Below are positions 19,149 through 27,752 of a DNA stretch of 42,108 nucleotides, piece after piece (the stretch's first letter is position 1; each line of letters opens with the position of its first letter). The stretch lies in NCBI GenBank assembly GCA_903847485.1, contig CAINDV010001020.1, forward strand, positions 1-42,108, written 5' to 3'. Both the position numbers and the translations under genes were made by a program. Below the pieces are notes generated by a model. The model saw only the letters and a list, made by a program, of their open reading frames with translations, had not been told where the DNA came from and ran no database searches. The stretch is from an uncultured Verrucomicrobiota bacterium. GTDB taxonomy: Bacteria; Verrucomicrobiota; Verrucomicrobiia; Limisphaerales; JAJXZI01.

Positions 19149-19315
19149 GAATGACCGGATGCGCGCCGTTTAGTGCCAGCTCCGTAGGAGCGCCATGTTG
19201 ATAGCCACGTCCAGCCCAGAAATCTCCCCAGCCCCGGAGGGGCGAAATGTCTTGGCGGGGTACATGCATTCCGCCCCTCCGGGGCTGGCACTGAACGGCG
19301 CGCATCCGGTCATTC
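19149..19315. repeat. Nested palindrome with 32-bp arms around AGCCCCGGAGGGGCG-type REP units
   Basis: 19149-19180 and 19284-19315 are reverse complements at 31/32. Confidence 0.85.
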
Positions 19316-19319
19316 CTTA

Positions 19320-19449
19320 GAGCCTGTTTGAAAAGTCGTCAGCGGTAGGGGAGGCTCCTGCCGAGCCTCTACGGCAGCCGCCGCGCGCTGGTTCCAAAAG
19401 GCTCGGCAAGAGCCTTGCCCTACCGCAGCAGGCATTCTCAAACAGGCTC
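19320..19449. mobile_element. Second MITE-like element of the same family, with an internal GTAG-REP doublet
   Basis: GAGCCTGTTTGAAAA ... TTCTCAAACAGGCTC with TTA/TAA flanks. Inner GTAGGGGAGGCTCCTGCCGAGCC...GGCTCGGCAAGAGCCTTGCCCTAC. Confidence 0.72.
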
Positions 19450-19522
19450 TAAGGGCCATTTAGAACCGACTCCTTTACGAACAAAAACCGGGGACGTGAT
19501 CTCGCGCAGGGCAGGCAGGCGT

Positions 19523-19803
19523 TCAACACGTCCGGGCAGGGCGGCGGGGCGGCAGGCGCTTGACGATGAGCTTGCTCTCCGGCGGGGCCGGGGCCAGAAG
19601 TTGCCAGAGACTTCCAACCCGTAGGCGTGGGCCAGCCACTCCAAGGTGGACAGACGCAACTCCCGATTCCGACCGGCCTCGACAGCTTGGTAATACTTGT
19701 AGGAAATGCCGGAACGCTCCGCGAAGGCTTCCGGCGTCAGCCCGTGAGCCGCGCGCAGTTCCCAGAGCCGGGCCAGGAGGTGCGTCAGAGTGAACTTGGC
19801 CAC
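19523..19803 (-). pseudogene. Frameshifted XRE-family HTH regulator, divergent from the R-M gene
   Basis: LRAAHGLTPEAFAERSGISYKYYQAVEAGR...LSTLEWLAHAYGLEV. The expected continuation WQLLAP is in another frame after GTCTCTGG, consistent with an extra TC near 19606. Confidence 0.7.
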
Positions 19804-19879
19804 TCACGCTGGTGTCGGCGCTGTCCGCCTCCAGGTCCGCCTTGCTTTTTCTGCCACCGCCGTGCCACGCTATGCCGCG

Positions 19880-22723
19880 ATGCCTCTCTCGTGGAATGAA
19901 ATCAAGCACCGCGCCATCGCCTTTTCCAACAAGTGGAAAGACGAGACCCGCGAGTCCGCCGAACGCCAGTCCTTTTGGAATGACTTCTTCAACGTCTTCG
20001 GCGTAGAACGCCGCTGCGTCGCCAGCTACGAGGAGCCGGTGAAGAAGCTCTCCGGTGACTGGGCTTACATTGATCTGTTCTGGCCCCGCACCCTGCTCGC
20101 CGAACACAAAGGCGCGGGCAAAGACCTCGGCAAAGCGCACGCCCAAGGCATGGAATACATCCGAGCCCTCGCCGACAGTGGGCGCGGCCACGAAGTCCCC
20201 CGCTACCTCATCGTCTCCGACTTCCAGCGGATTGCCATTCACGACCTGGAGCCGGGGCCAGACCCCGACGCGCCCCTCTTCCAGCGCCTGCCGCCTTCCT
20301 TCGAGTTTCCCCTGGCTGACTTCCATAAGCACATCCGCCACTTCGCCTTCATGGCGGGCTACCAACAGCACCGGCTTGATCCCGAAGATCCCGCCAACGA
20401 AGACGCCACCCGGCTTATGTGCGCCTTGCACGATGCCTTGGAGGCCGGCGAATACGGCACCGACACCACCGGCCACGCGGGCCATGAGTTAAAGCAATTC
20501 CTTGTCCGCCTGCTCTTCTGCCTCTTCGCCGAAGACAACGGCATCTTCCCCAGCCGCGCCTTACAGTTCTATCTCCAAGACCACACCGCCGCCGATGGCT
20601 CCGACCTTGGCCCGAAGCTCGGCCAACTCTTCGCCGTGCTCAACACCCCCGAAGACCGCCGCCAGAAGAATCTCGACCCGGAGTTACTCCAGTTCGCCTA
20701 CATCAATGGCGATCTCTACCGCGAGCGCCTGGCCCTTCCCGCCTTCACCACGGCCATGCGGGAGCAACTCCTCGCCTGCGCCGCCTTCGATTGGTCCCGT
20801 ATCTCTCCCGCCGTCTTCGGCAGTCTCTTTCAGGCGGTAATGGATAAGAAGGAACGCCGCCAGATCGGTGCCCACTACACCGCCGAGCGCAACATCCTCA
20901 AAGTCATCCGCTCCCTGTTCCTCGATGACCTCCGCGCCGAATTCACCCGCGCCAAAGCAGCCAAGATCGGCCAACGCGAGCGCCTTATCGCCCTCCAGAA
21001 AAAGATCGCCACCTTGCGCTTCCTTGATCCCGCTTGCGGCTGCGGCAACTTCTTGGTTATCACCTACCGTGAGTTACGCGCCTTGGAACTGGAAATCCTC
21101 CTTGCCCTCCACAGCGGCCAGCAAGAAATGACTCTCGACGAGGTCAACAAACTCTCACTCCTCGACGTGGATCAGATGTTCGGGATTGAGCTGGAGGAAT
21201 TCCCCGCCCGCATTGCCGAAGTCGCCCTCTGGCTTACCGACCACCAGGCGAACATGGCGCTCAGCGTAGCCTTCACACAGCTCTACCGTCGCATCCCGCT
21301 GCGCAAAAGCCCGCACATCCACGTCGCCAACGCCCTCCGCACCGACTGGCGCACCATCCTGCCGCCGACGGAGTGCAGCTATGTGCTCGGCAATCCGCCG
21401 TTCGTCGGGAAGCATTTGCTCAACGCCGATCAGCAAATGGATATGGATGCCGTGTGGGGAGAATTGAACGGCGCTGGCTTTCTCGACTACGTGACCGCGT
21501 GGTATCGCAAAGCCGCCGAATACATCCACGGAACTCGCATCGTAGTCGGCTTTGTGTCCACGAACTCCATCTCACAAGGCGAGCAGGTCGGCATTCTCTG
21601 GACGGAACTTTTCAACCGCTTCCGCATCAAGATCCACTTCGCACACCGGACTTTCGCGTGGGTGAGTGAAGCGCGCGGAAAAGCACACGTCCATGTCGTC
21701 GTCATCGGCTTTGGATGCTTCGATGTTCCGCAGAAGCGCATTTACGATTACGACACTGACCCAGAAACACCGACAATCTCTCCCGCCGCGAACATCAGCC
21801 CCTATCTCATCGAAGGCTCTGACTCCGCCTTGCCCATTCGGCGGAAACCCATCTGCAATGTTCCGCCAATCGTGAACGGGAACAAGCCAGCCGACGGCGG
21901 ATTTCTTATCGTAGAGCAAGAGGATCGTGCGGACTTCGTCCGAGATAACCCCGGCGTCGCGCCGTATCTCAAGCCTATGCTCAGTGCCGACCAATACCTC
22001 AATGGCGAGGAACGCTGGGTTCTATGGCTTGTTGGTGCTCCGCCGCAACTTGTTCGCGACAATCCCGGATTGCGCGCCCGCGTTGAAGGCGTTCGTGAGT
22101 TTCGTTTGAAGAGCCCGAAGGCTTCCACGAAGCGCATGGCGGACAAGCCAACGCTGTTCGACCAAATCCGTCAGCCGACGCGGCCTTACATTGTCATTCC
22201 GCGACACTCCTCAGAGAACCGGCGCTACATCCCGTTTGGATACTTCGGCCCGGAGACAATTATCAGCGACAGTTGCACCGCCGTTGCTGATGCCGAAATA
22301 TTCCACTTTGGCGTTTTGTCTTCAGGAATGCACATGGCTTGGATGAAGCAAGTCTGCGGAAGATTGGAGAGCCGATTCCGCTACTCCAACAAGATCGTTT
22401 ACAACAACTACCCCTGGCCCATAACGCCGACGGCGGTTCAGCGTATGGCGGTGGAGAAGGCCGCCCAGCGGGTGCTCGACGCCCGCGCCGCCTACCCCGC
22501 CGCCACGCTGGCCGACTTATACGACCCGCTGGCCATGCCGCCCGCCCTAGCTGCCGCCCACACCGCGCTGGATAAGGCGGTGGATAAGTGCTACCGCAGC
22601 GACCCTTTCCCCAGCGACCGCGCCCGGGTGGAGCACCTCTTCGCCCTGTACGAGCAACTCACCGCCCCGCTTGCCCCCACCGCCCGCCCCAAAACCCGGC
22701 GGCGCAAGAGCAACTCTCCCTGA
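19880..22723 (+). CDS. MmeI-like type IIL restriction-modification enzyme (endonuclease, N6-adenine methyltransferase and target-recognition domain)
   Basis: MPLSWNEIK...FWNDFF, IDLFW...AEHK (PD-ExK), GAHYT, LDPACGCGNF (motif I), GNPPF (motif IV), VSTNSISQGEQ, GRLESRFRYS and TLADLYDP. Confidence 0.95.
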   Translation: MPLSWNEIKHRAIAFSNKWKDETRESAERQSFWNDFFNVFGVERRCVASYEEPVKKLSGDWAYIDLFWPRTLLAEHKGAGKDLGKAHAQGMEYIRALADSGRGHEVPRYLIVSDFQRIAIHDLEPGPDPDAPLFQRLPPSFEFPLADFHKHIRHFAFMAGYQQHRLDPEDPANEDATRLMCALHDALEAGEYGTDTTGHAGHELKQFLVRLLFCLFAEDNGIFPSRALQFYLQDHTAADGSDLGPKLGQLFAVLNTPEDRRQKNLDPELLQFAYINGDLYRERLALPAFTTAMREQLLACAAFDWSRISPAVFGSLFQAVMDKKERRQIGAHYTAERNILKVIRSLFLDDLRAEFTRAKAAKIGQRERLIALQKKIATLRFLDPACGCGNFLVITYRELRALELEILLALHSGQQEMTLDEVNKLSLLDVDQMFGIELEEFPARIAEVALWLTDHQANMALSVAFTQLYRRIPLRKSPHIHVANALRTDWRTILPPTECSYVLGNPPFVGKHLLNADQQMDMDAVWGELNGAGFLDYVTAWYRKAAEYIHGTRIVVGFVSTNSISQGEQVGILWTELFNRFRIKIHFAHRTFAWVSEARGKAHVHVVVIGFGCFDVPQKRIYDYDTDPETPTISPAANISPYLIEGSDSALPIRRKPICNVPPIVNGNKPADGGFLIVEQEDRADFVRDNPGVAPYLKPMLSADQYLNGEERWVLWLVGAPPQLVRDNPGLRARVEGVREFRLKSPKASTKRMADKPTLFDQIRQPTRPYIVIPRHSSENRRYIPFGYFGPETIISDSCTAVADAEIFHFGVLSSGMHMAWMKQVCGRLESRFRYSNKIVYNNYPWPITPTAVQRMAVEKAAQRVLDARAAYPAATLADLYDPLAMPPALAAAHTALDKAVDKCYRSDPFPSDRARVEHLFALYEQLTAPLAPTARPKTRRRKSNSP

Positions 22724-22792
22724 GCCGAAGAGCGCCAAAAGAACAATTGCCTGGCAGCTAAAACCGTTTATGTTTAAGCAGTTACAACCTAT

Positions 22793-23026
22793 ATGAGCGA
22801 ACTCAAGCAAGTTGATTGGCGGAAGGATGCTAAATTGACCGACTTCGGCCCGGACGACGAAGAGCTTGCACAGACTCCACAAGATGTGATTGACGTTCTG
22901 GGGTTTGACCCGAAAGAGTTATTCAGTGAACCTCATCCCGCCGCCAGCACCAACGGGCAACGGTTCTATCGGGCACGGGCGGTGGAGTTACGGCAACCGG
23001 GAGCGACTGACCCCTTTACGGCGTAG
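22793..23026 (+). CDS. Small acidic hypothetical protein
   Basis: ATG ORF after an AT-rich spacer. The protein-like acidic core DDEELAQTPQDVIDVLGFDPKELF looks real; the C-terminal third may be read-through. Confidence 0.5.
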   Translation: MSELKQVDWRKDAKLTDFGPDDEELAQTPQDVIDVLGFDPKELFSEPHPAASTNGQRFYRARAVELRQPGATDPFTA

Positions 23027-23238
23027 TCCGCCCCCTTCGCGCTTATTGGCCGGGACGCCTACGCCGGGGGCCTCCACGGCCCCCCCAGTGCCGGGCCGGC
23101 GTGGAAGGGTTCGCGGCGCATGGGAAAGATTGTCTTGGCTGGCGTTTTCAACGATTATTGGAACTCTTCGGCGGCGGTGCCATAACAAATCTTGCAGGTT
23201 CGCGGAAATCGCCTACAAACCCCTTGCGGCACAAGCGC

Positions 23239-23577
23239 AAGCGAGAGCCGACCCCGCCGAAAGGCATTGGTGGCAACTAGGTGGTGGTGGTGCCGTTCCA
23301 TTTCGCAATGCGGGCATCGGACGCCTGCCGCAAGGCATTGGTGACCTGGTGATCTCGTTCCCAAACTTTTTGAGTTTTTGAGTTTCGGCTTCGCTCCGCC
23401 GAAAGGCATTGGCGACAACACCGGAGTCAAGCGCACATTCGTCTGGCCATAATAGTTCCCGCCCCACCGCCGAAAGGCATTGGTGACTTGATGGAACATA
23501 AAGGGGTCAGTTCTTGGTATTGATAAGTGAGGCGGAGCGTAGCGGGCACCGGCCCGCCGCCGAAAGGCATTGGTGAC
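23239..23577 (+). CRISPR. Orphan CRISPR-like mini-array: 5 repeats (~36 nt, conserved 3' core CCGCCGAAAGGCATTGGTGAC) and 4 spacers (35, 35, 35, 54 nt)
   Basis: AAGGCATTGG recurs at 23261, 23332, 23403, 23474 and 23564 (period 71, 71, 71, 90) with unique sequence between. GCC-GAAA-GGC hairpin on the + strand. No cas genes in the window. Confidence 0.78.
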
Positions 23578-23652
23578 ACAAAAATTGGTTTTGACTTGGT
23601 TTGACCAGGTTTAACTAAATGGCAGTGGTCCGACGGGCGAGGGGCTGGCGAC

Positions 23653-23825
23653 TCCTCACCCTGCCCTCTCCTCGACCGAGGAGGAGAGGGTGGAGCGGCC
23701 ACGGATGGCGCGGGTGGCGCGGATGGCGGGCGGGGTTTGCAGCCGTAGCGGCGTCTCGGCAGAGCGCCGGATTCTTGGCCCGAGCAAGGGAAGTTGGCGG
23801 CGGTCTGCCGACGCGCCGCTACGCT
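23653..23825. repeat. REP cluster (CCCTCTCC...GGAGAGGG hairpin, 9-mer repeats, GTAG doublet)
   Basis: CCCTCTCCTC-GACC-GAGGAGGAGAGGG hairpin, and CGTAGCGGCGTCTCGGCAGA...TCTGCCGACGCGCCGCTACG inverted pair. Confidence 0.7.
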
Positions 23826-23924
23826 GGCAGGGGCGGGAAAAGCCGCCGGAATGGCGGTGGATGGGTTGGTTTGGGCGATTTGGGGCGTTTGGCGGTGGAA
23901 ATCGCGCAAGTTGTTGCAAATGAG

Positions 23925-24227
23925 GCATCTAGGCAGAAACACAAGGCTTCTAGGCAGCGGTACAAGGTTTCTAGGCTGCCAAATAAGCCTTCACGGCACG
24001 CCAACAGGACTTCACGGCTGGCGAACATGGTTTCCAGGCTGCGAAACAGCGTTCCACGATTGCCGGACATGGCTTCACGGAACCGGGACAGCATTCCACG
24101 GCTGCCGGATGGCGCTTCAAGGTTACGCCACGGGATTCCCAGGCAGCGGAACGCGGCTTCACGGTTGCGCCACGGGCCTTCACGGCTGAGAAACAGATTT
24201 CCAAGGCTGGTGGATCGCGCTTCGCGC
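23925..24227. repeat. Degenerate 21-bp tandem repeat, about 14 units
   Basis: Units such as GCTTCTAGGCAGCGGTACAAG, GCTTCACGGTTGCGCCACGGG and CCTTCACGGCTGAGAAACAGA follow at an exact 21-nt period. Confidence 0.9.
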
Positions 24228-24636
24228 TTTGGCGTGCTCTCCTCGCTGGGCACGAAGATCGTCCGATTCGAATCGGTCGCCGCGTTGTGGAACACCGCCC
24301 CCTCGGCCCGAAAGTTCACCATCGAGAAGTTCCTGGCCGCCCCCGGCGTGCTGGTGCTGGGTAATGATCCGGTGTTGCGCGACAGCATCTGGCCCATCAA
24401 CGCCCTGCTCCTCGAAGCGCTGACCCAAGAGATTCTGCGCCGGCGATTCTTTGTAGGAGCCGACGTAAGTAGGCTCTGATCGCTGGGAAGTTTGAGCCTC
24501 CTCACGTCGGCTCCTACAGGGTCGGATTGGTTTGTCCTGGATGAATTCCCCGCCATGGAGCGGGTGGATTGCATTCATGACCTGCTGCGGCGCGGTCGCT
24601 CCAAGGGCACCTCGGTGCTGCTGAGGATGCAGGGAG
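24228..24636 (+). pseudogene. Internal fragment of a TraD/TrwB-like type IV coupling ATPase, split by a REP doublet
   Basis: GVLSSLGTKI...VLVLGND...PINALLL...EIL, then after the palindrome WFVLDEFPAMERVDCIHDLLRRGRSKGTSVLLRMQ (Walker B/GRSKG pattern) following an in-frame stop. Confidence 0.7.
24452..24518. repeat. GTAG-type REP doublet (REPIN)
   Basis: TGTAGGAGCCGACGTAAGTAGGCTC and GAGCCTCCTCACGTCGGCTCCTACA. Confidence 0.9.
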
Positions 24637-24812
24637 GCATCCACTTCATTGTTGGCAACCCGCGCCGCAGTCCCGAAGCGGTCAATGAGGAGCAGGGTAT
24701 TGGCTGGCTCGTTGATTAGAACATTCGCTGCGGAAGCGGCGCGCGCGAACCATGCAATCGCTGCCGCGAAAACGGCTTGCGGCCACGGGGGATCGGCCGT
24801 CCGAACTCTCGG

Positions 24813-26258
24813 TCATGGGGCCGGCTGGCCACTCTTACCGGCGGGCGCTTCCTCCGGCGCGGTCTGCCAACCGCCGCCCAGAGTCTTGTAGAGTTGGATC
24901 ACAGCGATTAGTTCACTGGCTTGGACCTGGACCTGGGCGCGCTGCGTCGGGTAAAGCTCCTGCTGCGCTTGGAGCACTTCGTAGTAACTGGACTTCCCGT
25001 TGAGATAGCGCTGGGTGGCCAGCTCGACGGAGGAAGTCAGGGCCGCGACGGCTTGCTCGTCGAAGGTGCGGACCTCGGCGAGTTTCTGCCGGGTAATAAG
25101 GGCGTTGGAAACTTCCTGAAAGGCAGTGAGCACGGTCTGCTCGTAGCTGGCTTTCGCCTCGTCGAACTTAGCCTTGGCCGCACGATACTGGGCGCGGAGG
25201 GCACCGCCTTGGAAGAGCGGGCCAGCGAGCGTCGCCCCAACATTCCAGGCACTGGCCGAGCCGCCGGTGAAGGCGGATAACTCCGGGCTGACTTTGCCTA
25301 AGAAGGTGGTCAAGCCAAGCTGCGGGAAGAAGTTCGCGAGGCTCGCGCCGACGTTGGCATTGGCGGAGATAAGTGACTGCTCGCTGGCGAGCACGTCGGG
25401 CCGGCGCTGAAGCAGTTCGCTGGGCAGGCCGGCGGGAATCTCCGGCGGGAGTTGGGGCTGGCTAAGTGAACCGGTGCGCGCGATGGGGCCGGGGCTGCGG
25501 CCCAGCAGAACATTGAGTTGGTTCTCCGTGGTGGCAAGGTCTAACTCCAGTTGCGGAATCCCGGCAGCGGCATTGGCCAGCGCGGCGGAGGCACGGTCGG
25601 TTTCGAGCTTAGAGGCCACGCCTTTGGTGAGCCGGTCGTAGAATATCCGGTAACTGCCGGCGTAGGCATTAGTCGCGGCGCGCTGGATCTGGAGTTCCTG
25701 ATCTAAGTCGAGAAGCTGGAAGTAAGCCGTGGCGACATCACTTACTAGCGTGATCGTGATGCCCCGGCGAGCCTCATCGGTGGCGAGATACTCGGCGCGG
25801 GCGGCCTCACTCAGGCGGCGGATGCGGCCCCAGAGATCAATCTCCCACACGGCGTTAAGCGTCAGCGAGGCGGTGCTTTCGGTGGCACCGCCAAGCGCGG
25901 CAGGATTGTTGAAGGCCGCGTTCTTGCCGCGCCCCACGCCACCGTTGTAGCCGATCTGCGGAAAGAGCGGCGCGCGGGCGGCGACCGCCATATTGCGCGC
26001 CTGTTCGACGCGGGCGACGGCTTTCTTAAGGTCGTAGTTGTTAGTTAGCGCGGTGCGGATCAGTTCTTGCAACGTGGCATCTTTGAAGACTTCCCACCAC
26101 GGTAGGTCGCCCAGTGAGTTAGTGCCTTGGTCGGTGGCGAAGCGGTAACTGGTCGGTGTGTCCACGGCGGGACGTTGATACTTCGGTCCCATGGCGCAGC
26201 CGCCGAGCAGCGCCAAGCCGACGAGGAATCCGAGACAGTGACTAAGGCGTGAGTTCAT
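24813..26258 (-). CDS. Efflux outer-membrane lipoprotein (NodT/OprM family)
   Basis: Lipobox LLGGC-AMGPKYQRP, WWEVFKD..L..LI..AL.NN.DL, WEIDLWGRIRR, GLPSELLQRRPDV and LYKTLGGGW. Confidence 0.95.
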   Translation of the reverse strand: MNSRLSHCLGFLVGLALLGGCAMGPKYQRPAVDTPTSYRFATDQGTNSLGDLPWWEVFKDATLQELIRTALTNNYDLKKAVARVEQARNMAVAARAPLFPQIGYNGGVGRGKNAAFNNPAALGGATESTASLTLNAVWEIDLWGRIRRLSEAARAEYLATDEARRGITITLVSDVATAYFQLLDLDQELQIQRAATNAYAGSYRIFYDRLTKGVASKLETDRASAALANAAAGIPQLELDLATTENQLNVLLGRSPGPIARTGSLSQPQLPPEIPAGLPSELLQRRPDVLASEQSLISANANVGASLANFFPQLGLTTFLGKVSPELSAFTGGSASAWNVGATLAGPLFQGGALRAQYRAAKAKFDEAKASYEQTVLTAFQEVSNALITRQKLAEVRTFDEQAVAALTSSVELATQRYLNGKSSYYEVLQAQQELYPTQRAQVQVQASELIAVIQLYKTLGGGWQTAPEEAPAGKSGQPAP

Positions 26259-26301
26259 GATGTCAGTTTGCTTACAGTTAAAGGTTGGGGAAGACAGGGG
26301 G

Positions 26302-26850
26302 AAATGACGAATGACGAAGCCCGAAATCCGAAGCTGGCCCTTACAGAGCCGAGTTGCTGGCAGAAAAATGGCGGGTAAAAATGGCGAGATTCTGGCCCAA
26401 AACCAGTGCGGTAGGGCGACGCTTTAGCGGAGCCGCAACCAGAGCGGAGCGCCGACATTCTTGTCGGCGAGACCTTGGACGGTACAGGTTCAGAACTCCT
26501 GACCCGTGGCTTTGGTTGGAAGGGGCGGCTGGAATTAGTGTGGAACTCCCCACCCCCTTCCCTCTCCCCATCGGATGGGAAGAGGGTGCCCGCCAGGGCG
26601 GGTAAGGGGCTTTCGGCGGGCTCACTTGCTTGCCACGGCTCAGGGTTTCTGGGACTGGCCGACAAGAATGTCGGCGCTCCGTCTGGGCAGAAGCTCCGCC
26701 GGAGCGTCGCCCTACCGGCAAGGGGTTTGGGTAAGAGCCTATCCATTTTTACCCGCCATTTTTCTGCCAGTAACTCGGCTCTGTCAGGGCCAGCTTCGGA
26801 TTTCGGGCTTCGTCATTCATTCGTCATTTGTCATTTGTCATTCGTCATTC
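26302..26850. repeat. ~550-bp nested palindromic REP complex
   Basis: Outer arms of ~80 bp (26302-26384 and 26743-26829) enclose a GTAGGGCGACGCT/AGCGTCGCCCTAC pair, a GCCGACATTCTTGTCGGC/GCCGACAAGAATGTCGGC pair and a central CCCTCTCCCC hairpin. Confidence 0.88.
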
Positions 26851-26867
26851 CAAGTGTGGTCGGCAGT

Positions 26868-27632
26868 TCAAGGTTTCGCTTGGGGCACCGCGCCTTCCTG
26901 GATGTATTTCACCAGGGACTTGGCGATGGCTGAACCCATAGCTTTGACATCCCGTTCCGTCTCGCCGCGGGAGATGACAAACTTAGCGGCCATGGCGTAG
27001 GGGTTCATCATGACCAGGCCGCCAGGCGTATGCTTCTGGCCATTGTCCGAACCTATGCAGAGGAATGGCTGGCGCGGGTTGTTCGCCAGATCGGACACGA
27101 TGACTTCGATGGAAACTTTGCCCGAACCGGCACCAAACCCGACGGTGGCCTCTTCGACGCGGTTGCCTTCCTGCACCCGCTCGAACCAGCCACCTAATAG
27201 CCAGCCATCCTTGGGCAAGGAAGCGTCGGCGGGGAAGAAATCCGGCCTTAGTCCGGTGACACTGGGACGGCGCTCGGCCTTATAGCCAGCTTTCTTCAAG
27301 TCGCTGGTAATCGTCTCGCCGAGTGTCTGGATAATCTTTTTCGCCTTGGACTCCGAGTCGTCGCCACGCATGGCTTGGGCGTCCTGCCGCAGGCGAGCCA
27401 GCGGGCCGCCGCCCAAGCCTGCCTTCTCCGGGAGCGTCGGCGAACGCTGGATCATGCCTAGCGGAAGATAGAAGTCGGTGACATAGATGATCTTCGGTGC
27501 GTTGGTGGCCGGGAGCGCCCCGACGGGGGTGTTATCCACCACGCTAGGTTTGCGGCTGGAACTTCCGGCGCAACCGCCGAGCAACGCCCCGGCTGCCAGC
27601 AGCGTAAGAGCGCTTTGGATTCTTAGTTTCAT
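26868..27632 (-). CDS. DUF4410-like lipoprotein
   Basis: Lipobox LLGGC, IYVTDF, G.F..VQEGNR....VGFGAG and NPYAMAAKFV. Confidence 0.75.
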   Translation of the reverse strand: MKLRIQSALTLLAAGALLGGCAGSSSRKPSVVDNTPVGALPATNAPKIIYVTDFYLPLGMIQRSPTLPEKAGLGGGPLARLRQDAQAMRGDDSESKAKKIIQTLGETITSDLKKAGYKAERRPSVTGLRPDFFPADASLPKDGWLLGGWFERVQEGNRVEEATVGFGAGSGKVSIEVIVSDLANNPRQPFLCIGSDNGQKHTPGGLVMMNPYAMAAKFVISRGETERDVKAMGSAIAKSLVKYIQEGAVPQAKP

Positions 27633-27752
27633 GTGTTCAAGCGGTTCAGTAATTCGGCCGGCCGCTGGCGCAACCGCGCCCGCACCCGCAACGACATATT
27701 GCCGTGCCCAAGCCCCGGCGTCCAGCGCGGCGAGTGGCCGAGTGACAGCGGT

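Noticed and set aside
19790-19879. N-terminal extension of the MmeI-like ORF
   Set aside because: It overlaps the divergent XRE gene, and family similarity starts at MPLSWNEIK.
23167-23177. TTCGGCGGCGG as an anti-repeat (tracr-like)
   Set aside because: Only 11 GC-rich bases are complementary, which is plausible by chance.
23275-23541. Self-targeting of spacers within this window
   Set aside because: By eye I found only a 9-nt match (AACTAGGTG near 3520). A proper search is still needed.
23613-23652. Possible sixth array repeat ending TGGCGAC
   Set aside because: It lacks the GCCGAAAGGC hairpin and the spacing is 75 rather than 71. Too weak to call.
23925-24227. 21-bp repeat as a CRISPR array
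   Set aside because: The units are contiguous, with no unique spacers.
23619-24479. 286-aa ORF as a single real gene
   Set aside because: It is a read-through of REP sequence, the 21-bp repeat and a coupling-protein fragment.
26255-27000. Several 80-160 aa ORFs in the REP complex
   Set aside because: These are translations of palindromic repeats with no protein-like features.
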